A stretch of DNA of 64,000 nt. Origin: an uncultured Bacteroidales bacterium (GTDB lineage Bacteria; Bacteroidota; Bacteroidia; Bacteroidales; VadinHA17). Shown here piece by piece: positions 1 through 8,907 of this stretch (positions are counted from its first letter, which is position 1; each line of letters starts with the position of its first letter). Location of the stretch: assembly GCA_963816365.1 (NCBI GenBank), contig CAWFKG010000005.1, forward strand, positions 351,650 to 415,649. The letters run 5' to 3'. The position numbers were made by a program, and so were the translations under genes. The notes beneath the pieces are model-generated. The model did not search any database. It was not told where the DNA came from and saw only the letters and a program-made list of their open reading frames with translations.

Positions 1-1
1 T

Positions 2-769
2 CATTATTATACTGATATAAAAGTTACTTCTGAAATAGTCAATGAAATCTACTCTGACAGTTATTTTTATAATGGAGGAAGCGGATATTCTGACTATACA
101 TCGGAAGAAGAAATGCTGATTTCTCGTGGAGAATATTATGCAAGGAAGATCTTAAGGTTTATGAAGCCGGGAACTGTATTAGATATTGGGGCGGCAGCAG
201 GTTTTATTTTAAAAGGTTTTGAAAATATTGGCTGGCACGGAATCGGAATAGAACCAAACGAAAAAATGGTCGAATACGGTATAAAAAAGTTTGGGATTGA
301 TCTGCGACGCGGCACTCTTGAGACAATTAAACTGGAGTCAAAGGTTGATTTAATTGTTATGATTCAGGTAGTTGCACACTTGTTCGACTTGAATCAATCA
401 ATCAAAAATGCTTATGACTGTTTAAACCCAGGCGGATATATGCTGATTGAGACATGGAATCGAAGCAGTATTGCTGCCAGATTGTTTGGCAGGAACTGGC
501 ATGAATATAGCCCACCGGGTACATTGAATTATTTTAATAAAAAAACCCTGGATATTCTGATGAATAAATATGATTTACACAAGATTTCGTCAGGCTGGCC
601 AAAAAAGTACATAATTAGTGATCATGCAAAATCACTGTTGAAGCATAAAGTTGAAGGCAGAAGATTGCTAAGAATAATATCTGGGATTGCAGGGATAATT
701 CCTGATAATCTTCTTCTGCCTTATTTAGGGGATGATCTTTTCTGGTCTTTTTATCGCAAAAACAAATAA
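2..769 (+). CDS. Class I SAM-dependent methyltransferase (5' end outside the window)
   Basis: SAM motif I VLDIGAAAGF and a later LNPGGYMLIE motif; the frame is open back to position 2. Confidence 0.85.
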   Translation, partial: HYYTDIKVTSEIVNEIYSDSYFYNGGSGYSDYTSEEEMLISRGEYYARKILRFMKPGTVLDIGAAAGFILKGFENIGWHGIGIEPNEKMVEYGIKKFGIDLRRGTLETIKLESKVDLIVMIQVVAHLFDLNQSIKNAYDCLNPGGYMLIETWNRSSIAARLFGRNWHEYSPPGTLNYFNKKTLDILMNKYDLHKISSGWPKKYIISDHAKSLLKHKVEGRRLLRIISGIAGIIPDNLLLPYLGDDLFWSFYRKNK

Positions 770-796
770 TTATTTTTGAACGGAAACAAGTTATTG

Positions 797-1597
797 ATGA
801 ATTTGAATTTTTGCAGTCTTAGCAGCGGAAGTAGCGGGAATTGTTATTATGTAGGTAACGAGTTCCATGGAATATTGATCGATGCCGGAATTTCTGCTAC
901 CATGATACGTAAGTTTCTGAAAAGCATGAATATTTCCATGCAAACTATTATGGGAGTACTGGTGACACACAATCACTCAGATCATATAAGAGGATTGGAA
1001 GTACTCACCAGAAGGAACCATCTTCCTGCATTTACTACCCCTAAAATCTGGGAAAGCATTCTCGGTCCTCATGTGAAGATGTCGAGGGATTGTATCCGTG
1101 AAATTCACTTACAGGAAAAATTCCATATAGCAGGATTTGAAATCGAGGCATTTCCTGTTTATCATGATGCTCCTGAAACCATTGGGTTCCAAATTTGTGC
1201 CGCAGAAAAGAAAATAATTATTGCCACCGACCTGGGGCACATTTGCCAGACTGCGGCTCCATATATTAAGGAGGCCAATTTGCTTGTTATAGAGTCAAAT
1301 TATGACGAAGAGATGTTATTGAATGGGACATATCCGTATTATTTGAAGAAAAGGATTCAGTCTGACAATGGGCATCTGGGAAATCTTCAAACCTCTGTCT
1401 TTCTGGCTGATATAGTCAATGACAATCTTAGCCATATTTGCCTTGCACACCTGAGTAAAAATAATAATACTCCCGAAAAGGCGCTTCAAACCTTGCTGCA
1501 GACGTTCTCTGAGAGGGGAATTAAGCTAAATGGTCAGCAGCGAATATCAATTCTTAAGCGCAGTGTCCCGACTGAGATAATAAGATTAGGCGAATAG
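797..1597 (+). CDS. MBL-fold metallo-hydrolase, YycJ/WalJ-like
   Basis: LSSGSSGNC, LIDAG, THNHSDH (HxHxDH), HDA, ATDLG, IESNYD, GHLGN, LAHLSKNNN motifs; ATG 797 preferred as start. Confidence 0.9.
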   Translation: MNLNFCSLSSGSSGNCYYVGNEFHGILIDAGISATMIRKFLKSMNISMQTIMGVLVTHNHSDHIRGLEVLTRRNHLPAFTTPKIWESILGPHVKMSRDCIREIHLQEKFHIAGFEIEAFPVYHDAPETIGFQICAAEKKIIIATDLGHICQTAAPYIKEANLLVIESNYDEEMLLNGTYPYYLKKRIQSDNGHLGNLQTSVFLADIVNDNLSHICLAHLSKNNNTPEKALQTLLQTFSERGIKLNGQQRISILKRSVPTEIIRLGE

Positions 1598-1614
1598 AAG
1601 TCAGTATCCTGCAG

Positions 1615-3690
1615 TCAGCGTACTCCGAAATCCAACCTTGCATTTACAAAATATGTACGACCGGGGCCAGGTTCATAATATCTGTTTGCTGCCGCATTCA
1701 CGGTAACCGCAGTTATATAATGTTTATCGAACAAATTCGAAATACCACCGGAAAGCATGACTTTCATTAGCTGTTTTTTGCCAAAACTAAGTTCTTCGTG
1801 ACCCAGACCAAGGTCGAAAATCGTATAAGGCTTTGCTGATTCAGAATTGGCATCGTTAACATACATTCTTCCATAGCTCTCCGAGAGAAATGAAAAGTAC
1901 AATCCTTTAGCGCTGTGCAGTTTCAGTTCCGAAACTGCATGAAACCGTCCTATTCCCGGTATCCTGTTCCCGGAATAGTCTACCCCGTTTACCACAAATT
2001 TCTTATAAAATGCATCAATATAAGTCAGGCTTGCACTAAATTCAATTTGGGAAACTGGTTTCATCTGAAAGGTCAACTCTCCTCCCCTGTGTATGGTGGA
2101 ACCTGCATTTCTGTAATAGTCCTGGCCCGGTACAGCAGGAACCTGAAACGGGATGAGTTCATCGGTTGTACGGATCAGATAAAGTGCAAAGTCGTAGGTG
2201 AAAACCGGATTAATTGAGCTTCTGAATCCGGCTTCGTATTCAAGAGCATGCGAAGGGTTCAGACCGGGATTGAAACCTCCTGCTTCATCAGGACTGTTGA
2301 CTAATTCAGTTGATGTCGGTGTTTCAAAAGAAGTAGTGATATTAGCAAAAAATCCTGAATTTTTAAACAACATATAAATCAGACCGACAGAGGGATCCAA
2401 TGCATGCATTGTCCGTTTTCCTGTTTTATTGGAATCTGCGGCAGTAAGCTTGTTCCTGAAGCCAAAATAAGTCAGATCATAGCGGAGGCAGGCATCCAGA
2501 TTTAACCTCGAGCTTACAGGCACTACAAACTGCAAAAATGCTCCAGTACCGATTACCTGCTCTTCCTGATTTATTATAAGACTGCCATCCTGTCCGTTAT
2601 CGTTAATATAGTTTTTCCTGTTATTGAATCGGGCTGCTGATTCTATACCCGCGTTCCAGCTCAAAACTTTCGGCCCAACCTTTATTTCTGAAGTAAAAGA
2701 TGCGACAATACCACCGGAATATTGCGGCAGAACAACGATCTTCCCTATTATCGGGTTAACAACAGAGCGATGGATGCCATAGATTGTAAGATTGAAATGT
2801 GAGATACTGTCAGCCCTATGTTTCCAGGTTGCGGCAAGCTGAGACTGATTTCCATCCTGGCCGGCAGCATTGCTGATACTTGACGGATTGGCAATTCCGG
2901 GTGTCAGCTCAGATTCCTGTTTTGTAAGGGATCCCGGATTCAATGCATTGAATTTTACAACTCCTGCCTCAATCCGCAAATTATCTTTTTCCGACACGGG
3001 TGAAATAATCTTAAAGAGAGCTCTTCTGTAACCTGCAGTAGCATGATCACGATAACCGCTATAATGAAAGTCCGAGTATGTGCCCGACAGCTCCGTTTTA
3101 CCTATCCTCCCTTCCAGTAAGCCATTCCAGCGGAAGAGACCGTCAGATCCTGCAGTGGTGGAAACTGAAGCCAGAAAGCGATCATATGTGATTGGTTTAC
3201 TGTGAAGAATTAAGACTCCCCCGGAGGCATTTCCATAAAGTGAGGACCCCGGACCTCTTAAAAGTTCAACATATGATAAATTCTGAAGATCTATCATCTC
3301 GAGATTACTTTGTCCGTCTGCAAAAGTGACCGGCATATCATCAAACACAATTCTTACTCCTCGGACTCCGAACTGGGTACGTGCCCCAAAGCCACGGTTT
3401 GTGATCCGGTCACCAACTGCATAATTATACCTGGCATTGACCTCAAGTCCGGGCAAGCCTGAGATACTTTCAGAAAGGCTTAATCCCCGTGTGCTTATTC
3501 TGGCATTCACCATTGACAGGCTATATGGTATAGAGCTTTCTTTAAATGGCACCCGGAGAGCCGTAACTGATACTTCAGGAAGTCCGATTTGAGATATAGT
3601 GTCAGCTTTCTGCACCTGTGATCTTGCAGAAAGTGATATGCCCAGGATGAAAAAAAGTGAAATAAATCTGAAATGATTGCCTTTAGGCAT
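1615..3690 (-). CDS. TonB-dependent outer-membrane receptor
   Basis: Signal peptide, EVSVTA TonB-box-like segment, plug motif VELLRGPGSSLYGNASGG, C-terminal NLFDKHY...PGPGRTYF. Confidence 0.9.
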   Translation of the reverse strand: MPKGNHFRFISLFFILGISLSARSQVQKADTISQIGLPEVSVTALRVPFKESSIPYSLSMVNARISTRGLSLSESISGLPGLEVNARYNYAVGDRITNRGFGARTQFGVRGVRIVFDDMPVTFADGQSNLEMIDLQNLSYVELLRGPGSSLYGNASGGVLILHSKPITYDRFLASVSTTAGSDGLFRWNGLLEGRIGKTELSGTYSDFHYSGYRDHATAGYRRALFKIISPVSEKDNLRIEAGVVKFNALNPGSLTKQESELTPGIANPSSISNAAGQDGNQSQLAATWKHRADSISHFNLTIYGIHRSVVNPIIGKIVVLPQYSGGIVASFTSEIKVGPKVLSWNAGIESAARFNNRKNYINDNGQDGSLIINQEEQVIGTGAFLQFVVPVSSRLNLDACLRYDLTYFGFRNKLTAADSNKTGKRTMHALDPSVGLIYMLFKNSGFFANITTSFETPTSTELVNSPDEAGGFNPGLNPSHALEYEAGFRSSINPVFTYDFALYLIRTTDELIPFQVPAVPGQDYYRNAGSTIHRGGELTFQMKPVSQIEFSASLTYIDAFYKKFVVNGVDYSGNRIPGIGRFHAVSELKLHSAKGLYFSFLSESYGRMYVNDANSESAKPYTIFDLGLGHEELSFGKKQLMKVMLSGGISNLFDKHYITAVTVNAAANRYYEPGPGRTYFVNARLDFGVR

Positions 3691-3715
3691 GACTACTTCC
3701 TTGCTGGAGGGTGAT

Positions 3716-4717
3716 TCATTCGGTTTTTATCAGCATTTTTCCCAGATTCCTGCCTGCAAATAATCCCAGAAAGGCTTCGGGAAGCTTGTTAAAACCTTCA
3801 ATAATTGTTTCAGTGTATCTGATCTTACCTTCTGTGAGCCACTTCGTAAGATTCGTTCGCGCTTCTTCAAATCGATCGCTGTAATTGCTGACGATGAATC
3901 CCTGTAACATGACGCTTCTTGTGAGCAATGTTCCGAGTATTGAGGTTCCGACAGGTAACCTTGTATTGTTATATTGTGATATCTGGCCGCATAAGGCAAT
4001 TCTTGCCCGATTATCAAGATTGGCAACAACAGCCTCGGTGATCTCACCTCCGACATTATCAAAATATGCATCAACTCCTTCGGGACATAGTTCTCCGATT
4101 TCCTTTCTTAATGATTTGGAGGTTTTATAATTTATTGCTTCATTATAGCCAAATTCCTCTTTTATAAGATTGCATTTTTCATCACTGCCTGCTATACCGA
4201 TGACTTTTGATCCCCTCATTTTTGCAATTTGTCCGGCCACAATACCAACGGCACCAGCTGCACCGGATACTACTACCGTCTCCCCTTTCAAAGGTTTGCA
4301 TATTTCTGTCATTCCAAAATAAGCGGTGAGACCGGGCATTCCGAGAATTCCAAGATAATAACCAGGCGATAAATTCCTGATATCTATCTTCCTGAGTTTA
4401 TCTTCTTTCTCTATGCAAAATGTAGCCCATGGTAACATGCCGTAAACAACGTCACCAGGAAATATCGACATGCTCTTGCTCTTGATGACCTTTGCAACAA
4501 CACCTCCCCGGATTGGATGATCTACCTCGTATGATGCGGCGTAAGATTTTGCAGCGTTCATACGGCCGCGCATATAGGGATCAACTGATATATACCATGG
4601 TTTTAGCAGCACTTCGTTTTCCTGAATTTCATTTATCACTGCTTTCTCAATTCTGAAATTGTCGGATGATGGCAGACCGGATGGTCGCGATGCCAGCACA
4701 AACTGTGAAATTTCCAT
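3716..4717 (-). CDS. NADP-dependent MDR oxidoreductase (CurA/YncB/prostaglandin reductase-like)
   Basis: LASRPSGLP, ISVDPYMRGRM, LGMPGLTAYFG, VSGAAGAVG, YFDNVGG, CGQISQYN. Confidence 0.92.
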   Translation of the reverse strand: MEISQFVLASRPSGLPSSDNFRIEKAVINEIQENEVLLKPWYISVDPYMRGRMNAAKSYAASYEVDHPIRGGVVAKVIKSKSMSIFPGDVVYGMLPWATFCIEKEDKLRKIDIRNLSPGYYLGILGMPGLTAYFGMTEICKPLKGETVVVSGAAGAVGIVAGQIAKMRGSKVIGIAGSDEKCNLIKEEFGYNEAINYKTSKSLRKEIGELCPEGVDAYFDNVGGEITEAVVANLDNRARIALCGQISQYNNTRLPVGTSILGTLLTRSVMLQGFIVSNYSDRFEEARTNLTKWLTEGKIRYTETIIEGFNKLPEAFLGLFAGRNLGKMLIKTE

Positions 4718-4910
4718 TAAGTTACTTTTAAAGGGTCTTTGCTTAAACAAAACTAATTAACTCAATGTTCAAAATATCAGAAAAATCGACTACGAAGGAT
4801 CTCAAAGTGCAACCGTTTCTATGGATCATCTTTTTGCAGGCTTGCAAAACAATTTAATTCATCTATTGTTAAACAGATCAAACAGAATTTCAATCTTAAA
4901 ATATGTAATT

Positions 4911-5729
4911 ATGAAAAATAAATTTTTTTCCAATAGTATCTTTATACCTGTATTCCTGCTTGGTATTTCTCTAAGTGTCAAATCGGCAGGAACGTCCCCG
5001 AACATTAAGGAGGAAACTGTATCGTACTCTGCAAATGGTGTAACATATAAAGGATTCATTGCCTATGATCAAAACATCAATGGCAAGCGCCCTGCGATAC
5101 TTGTTGTGCCGGAATGGTGGGGGTTGAATGATTATCCCAAAATGAGGGCACGGAAGCTGGCAGAGCTTGGTTATATAGCTATGGCAACAGATGTATTCGG
5201 AAATGGGACAGTTGCTGAGAATCCAACTGAAGCCCAGAAGCTTACAGGTCCTTTTTATAAAGATCCGAAACTGGCCAAAAGCCTGCTGGATGCTGCACTT
5301 CAGAAACTGAAGGAAAATCCTCTGACCGATCCCAATAATATTGCAGCAATCGGTTATTGTTTTGGCGGTTTCGTGGCACTAAACTACGCCAAACTTGGAG
5401 CTGACCTGAAAGGAGTTGTAAGCTTTCATGGAGGTATGGGCGGTGCACCTGTAGATAAAAACCTGTTAAAGGCAAAAGTTCTGATCTGTCAGGGAGGAAG
5501 TGACAAATTCGTGTCTCAGAAAGATGTAGATCTGTTTAAACATCAGCTGGATTCCATTGGCGCTGACAATACCGTAAAGGTTTATCCAAACGCGACTCAT
5601 GCCTTTACTAATCCCGCTTCAACTGCTACCGGTAAGAAATTCAATATGCCCATTGAGTATAATCCCCAGGCTGATAAGGATTCATGGAATGATATGAAAA
5701 TGTTTTTCGGGAGAATATTTACGAAATAA
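4911..5729 (+). CDS. Dienelactone hydrolase family protein, secreted
   Basis: PEWWGLN, nucleophile motif GYCFGG, HAFTNP; signal peptide begins at ATG 4911. Confidence 0.9.
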   Translation: MKNKFFSNSIFIPVFLLGISLSVKSAGTSPNIKEETVSYSANGVTYKGFIAYDQNINGKRPAILVVPEWWGLNDYPKMRARKLAELGYIAMATDVFGNGTVAENPTEAQKLTGPFYKDPKLAKSLLDAALQKLKENPLTDPNNIAAIGYCFGGFVALNYAKLGADLKGVVSFHGGMGGAPVDKNLLKAKVLICQGGSDKFVSQKDVDLFKHQLDSIGADNTVKVYPNATHAFTNPASTATGKKFNMPIEYNPQADKDSWNDMKMFFGRIFTK

Positions 5730-5751
5730 TCGTTTTTTGATTGGCGGATTT

Positions 5752-5771
5752 GCGAAGTCTGAAGACTTCGC
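5752..5771. repeat. Short palindrome (REP-like)
   Basis: GCGAAGTCT-GA-AGACTTCGC, perfect 9-bp arms. Confidence 0.6.
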
Positions 5772-5784
5772 CAAACGGTCTAAC

Positions 5785-5817
5785 AGGTCCTGCATTTCTG
5801 ATGCATGACCTTTTTTT
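5785..5817 (+). terminator. Putative Rho-independent terminator
   Basis: GGTCcTGCAT-ttctg-ATGCAtGACC hairpin followed by T7, downstream of the hydrolase gene. Confidence 0.6.
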
Positions 5818-5847
5818 GTGACATTTTTAAAAAAATTCACATTTCGT

Positions 5848-5877
5848 TGTAACCATTTGTAACTTTACAAGTAATCA
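5848..5877 (+). promoter_or_regulatory. Putative ECF sigma promoter (autoregulatory)
   Basis: TGTAACC-N16-GTAATCA upstream of the ECF gene; the same motif and spacing recur at 11432. Confidence 0.65.
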
Positions 5878-5903
5878 TATTAGAGACAAGAAAAAATAAG
5901 ACT

Positions 5904-6443
5904 GTGGAGGAGATTGAGGACAATATAATAATGCAGCATGTAAAGGATGGCAATCTGTCGGAAATGTCAGTGCTGTTTGAAAGATATAATGTCAGGCTCT
6001 ATAATTATTTTCTGAAGCTGACCCGCAACAAGCTGATCAGCCAGGATCTTACTCAAAATTTGTTTTACCGGATGATAAGGTATAAAAATACATATAAGAA
6101 CGAGTTCAGCGTCAAAGCATGGATGTATCAGATGGCCAGGAATCTTCATATTGACTACTGCAAGGAAGAAAAAAGATCAGGTGAGCTTTTTCTGAACACC
6201 GAATCTTACCCTGAAGATATCACCGACGAAAATGATGGATTTCCGGAAGAGGATTATGAACGGCTGGAGCGATCATTCGCCGCTTTAAGCCGTGAGCAAC
6301 GCGAGCTCATCATACTCAGCAGGTACCAGGGATTAAAGTACGAAGAGATATCTCATATCGTAAATCAATCCGTCCCAGCAATCAAAGTGACTATACACAG
6401 AGCCATAAGGCAGTTAAGAGGGATTTATTTTAAACAGATTTAA
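5904..6443 (+). CDS. ECF-family RNA polymerase sigma factor
   Basis: Region 2 (QDLTQNLF, KAWMYQMARN) and region 4 HTH (LSREQRELIIL...GLKYEEIS). Confidence 0.93.
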   Translation: MEEIEDNIIMQHVKDGNLSEMSVLFERYNVRLYNYFLKLTRNKLISQDLTQNLFYRMIRYKNTYKNEFSVKAWMYQMARNLHIDYCKEEKRSGELFLNTESYPEDITDENDGFPEEDYERLERSFAALSREQRELIILSRYQGLKYEEISHIVNQSVPAIKVTIHRAIRQLRGIYFKQI

Positions 6444-6453
6444 GAAACTGACA

Positions 6454-7263
6454 ATGAAATGTGAGGAAGTTGAAACGAAAATGATCGATTATCTCGATAA
6501 AAACCTTGAAGAAGGTATACGTCAGGAGATCGACAAGCACCTTGAGACCTGTGAAAGATGCCTTGATGAATTACGCGATACCCAGCAGGTACTGAAGCTT
6601 ATTTCAGAGGACGATATGGTGAAACCAGACGATTCATTGCGTATAAATTTTTACCATATGCTTCACAGTGAGATAAAAAAGAATGATGCAGGTAAAAACC
6701 TGTTATTGGGTGGAAAAACGCCGTCACCATGGTATAGTATCGTACGGTACAGAATAGCAGCTGGATTTGCATTGCTTATAGCTGGCACATTCCTAGGCAT
6801 GCTTATCAACGGAGGATTATTTAATTCCTATAATTCAAATGAAGTAAAGCAATTGCATTCGGAAGTTTCTGATCTCAGGAAGACAGCCATGTTCACCATG
6901 CTGAAGGATGAATCATCGAGCGACAGGATTCAGGCGGTTAGTTATGCTGATGAACTCGATAAGCCCGATCAAAATGTAATTGCTGTCCTGGTTAAAACCC
7001 TGGATAAAGACAAAAATGTAAATGTACGCATGGCAGCAGCATATGCTCTTTCAAAATTTGCAGATCAGCCTGCAGTTTGCGATTCCCTGGTAAAGTCTCT
7101 TTCATTACAGGTCGATCCTATATTGCAGGTAACTCTTATAAATATACTTGCTGAGAGAAAAGTAAAAAGTGCTCTTGTGCCAATACAGAAGATTATTGCA
7201 AACAGAAACACATTAAAAGAGGTAAGAGCAGTAGCTGAAAACAGCTTAAGAGTCCTTATCTGA
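6454..7263 (+). CDS. Anti-sigma factor: zf-HC2 domain, TM helix, HEAT-repeat domain
   Basis: HLETCERC (HxxxCxxC), a hydrophobic segment, DKNVNVRMAAAYALSKF HEAT repeat; directly follows the ECF gene. Confidence 0.88.
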   Translation: MKCEEVETKMIDYLDKNLEEGIRQEIDKHLETCERCLDELRDTQQVLKLISEDDMVKPDDSLRINFYHMLHSEIKKNDAGKNLLLGGKTPSPWYSIVRYRIAAGFALLIAGTFLGMLINGGLFNSYNSNEVKQLHSEVSDLRKTAMFTMLKDESSSDRIQAVSYADELDKPDQNVIAVLVKTLDKDKNVNVRMAAAYALSKFADQPAVCDSLVKSLSLQVDPILQVTLINILAERKVKSALVPIQKIIANRNTLKEVRAVAENSLRVLI

Positions 7264-7358
7264 AAAATATAAGAAAAAGATTGAATTCAATATAAACAGA
7301 TCGTGGCAGATTCCGGGTTTGCCTGATTAGAATGTAAATTACTTAATAATTAAAAATC

Positions 7359-8138
7359 ATGAAAAAAATGAAAATCAGCCTGATGGCTTTGTTAATATTC
7401 TTATCAGCAGGCATTCTGTCTGCGCAGGAATACAAGATTACCACCACCAACAGCAAGGATGGAAGACTTATCCTGAAAGACTTTTCGGGCTCCCTGCCTA
7501 TTGAAGGTTACAACGGAACCGATATAATAATTACTTCAACCTCTGAAGACCTCACCCCTCCTGCTAAAGCGAAGGGTTTAAAGCCTGTGTTCCCAGCTGG
7601 AACTGACAATACAGGGATAGGTCTTGGTGTGGAAAAAACTGATAATATGATCACAGTAACCTGCCTCCTGCCCTTTACAAGAGATGGAGAATATAAGCTC
7701 AGGGTCCCGGAGAACCTCTCACTTGAAATAAGTAGCGGATGCGAACGGAATACTGATATTTCGATTCAGAATATGAAAAATGAGATTGATATTAAGACCT
7801 GTCACGATATTAAGTTAACCGGCGTTACAGGCCCACTGGTTCTGTCAACAATAAGCGGAAATATTGATATTACTTACAGCAGTATCAATACTACCAAATC
7901 ATCTTCTGTTAATTCGATTAGCGGTGAAATTGATATTACATTGCCTGTGAAAACAGCGACGGACCTTGAGCTACGAACAGTTTCCGGTGCAGTATATTCT
8001 GATTTCGACTTCTCAGATTCTCAAAAGAACATGAAAAAGATTGGCGGAAATGACATGAATTATTCACTGAACGGAGGCGGATTCAAATTTAATGTTGGGA
8101 CAGTAAGCGGAACTATTTATCTGAGGAAAGGGCAGTAA
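7359..8138 (+). CDS. DUF4097 (adhesin-like beta-repeat) secreted protein
   Basis: Signal peptide; repeated TISGNIDI, SISGEIDI, TVSGAV, TVSGTIYL. Confidence 0.8.
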   Translation: MKKMKISLMALLIFLSAGILSAQEYKITTTNSKDGRLILKDFSGSLPIEGYNGTDIIITSTSEDLTPPAKAKGLKPVFPAGTDNTGIGLGVEKTDNMITVTCLLPFTRDGEYKLRVPENLSLEISSGCERNTDISIQNMKNEIDIKTCHDIKLTGVTGPLVLSTISGNIDITYSSINTTKSSSVNSISGEIDITLPVKTATDLELRTVSGAVYSDFDFSDSQKNMKKIGGNDMNYSLNGGGFKFNVGTVSGTIYLRKGQ

Positions 8139-8140
8139 TA

Positions 8141-8208
8141 TTTCGGAATGCGGATTTGAGATTTCGGATTCTTTTTAATTCCGCAATCAAAAATCCGCAA
8201 TCCGCAAT
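8141..8208. repeat. Heptamer-repeat hairpin (TTTCGGA/TGCGGAT arm against AATCCGC arm)
   Basis: Degenerate 7-mer tandem arrays in inverted orientation; sister copy at 22994-23062. Confidence 0.75.
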
Positions 8209-8245
8209 ACCCTAAATAAGTTCTTCAACTTAAAAATCTAATTAA

Positions 8246-8887
8246 ATGAAAACAAAAACAATTTTAGTTGTTTTGTGGATGTGCTTTGGCTCATCCCAGG
8301 CTCAACAGATAATCGAGAAACATATAGATTTTTCAGGAAAGGAAGCCCTTTCACTTGACATTAAGATAGCCGATTCCATAAACATACAGACCTGGAACAA
8401 AAATGAGGTTTATGTAAAAGCTTCAGTTAATATAAATGAAAATAAAGATAATGCAGCTTATGTTACCTCTTTCAATGAAGCAGGTACTACAGTCACAGTA
8501 AATGCGAATTTCAAGGATAAATATTTCAAGGGAAGGAACAATTGCTGTAATGAATCTGACATATACTGGCAGATATTCATGCCTGAAAATACGAAGATAT
8601 CCGTTGAGACAATTAATGCAGACATCACAATTACCGGGCAGACAAAGGAGATGAAGGTAAAATCCATCAGTGGCTATATCGATCTGGCAGTGCCGGCCAA
8701 TAAACAAGCCGATCTGGATTTTTCAACCATCTCCGGGAGGATGTATTCAAATCATGATCTTGCTCTGAGTAATATGCACAGTGGAATTCCTTTGAAAATC
8801 ACTGAAAAGCTTAACAGTGGTGGTGATCCTATAAGGTTAGAGACAATTAGCGGCGATATCTTCTTCAGAAAATCAGGTGCAAACTGA
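8246..8887 (+). CDS. DUF4097-like secreted protein
   Basis: Signal peptide; TINADITI, SISGYIDL, TISGRMYS, TISGDIFF repeats. Confidence 0.75.
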   Translation: MKTKTILVVLWMCFGSSQAQQIIEKHIDFSGKEALSLDIKIADSINIQTWNKNEVYVKASVNINENKDNAAYVTSFNEAGTTVTVNANFKDKYFKGRNNCCNESDIYWQIFMPENTKISVETINADITITGQTKEMKVKSISGYIDLAVPANKQADLDFSTISGRMYSNHDLALSNMHSGIPLKITEKLNSGGDPIRLETISGDIFFRKSGAN

Positions 8888-8907
8888 GTTATAAAAAAAA
8901 TCAATGC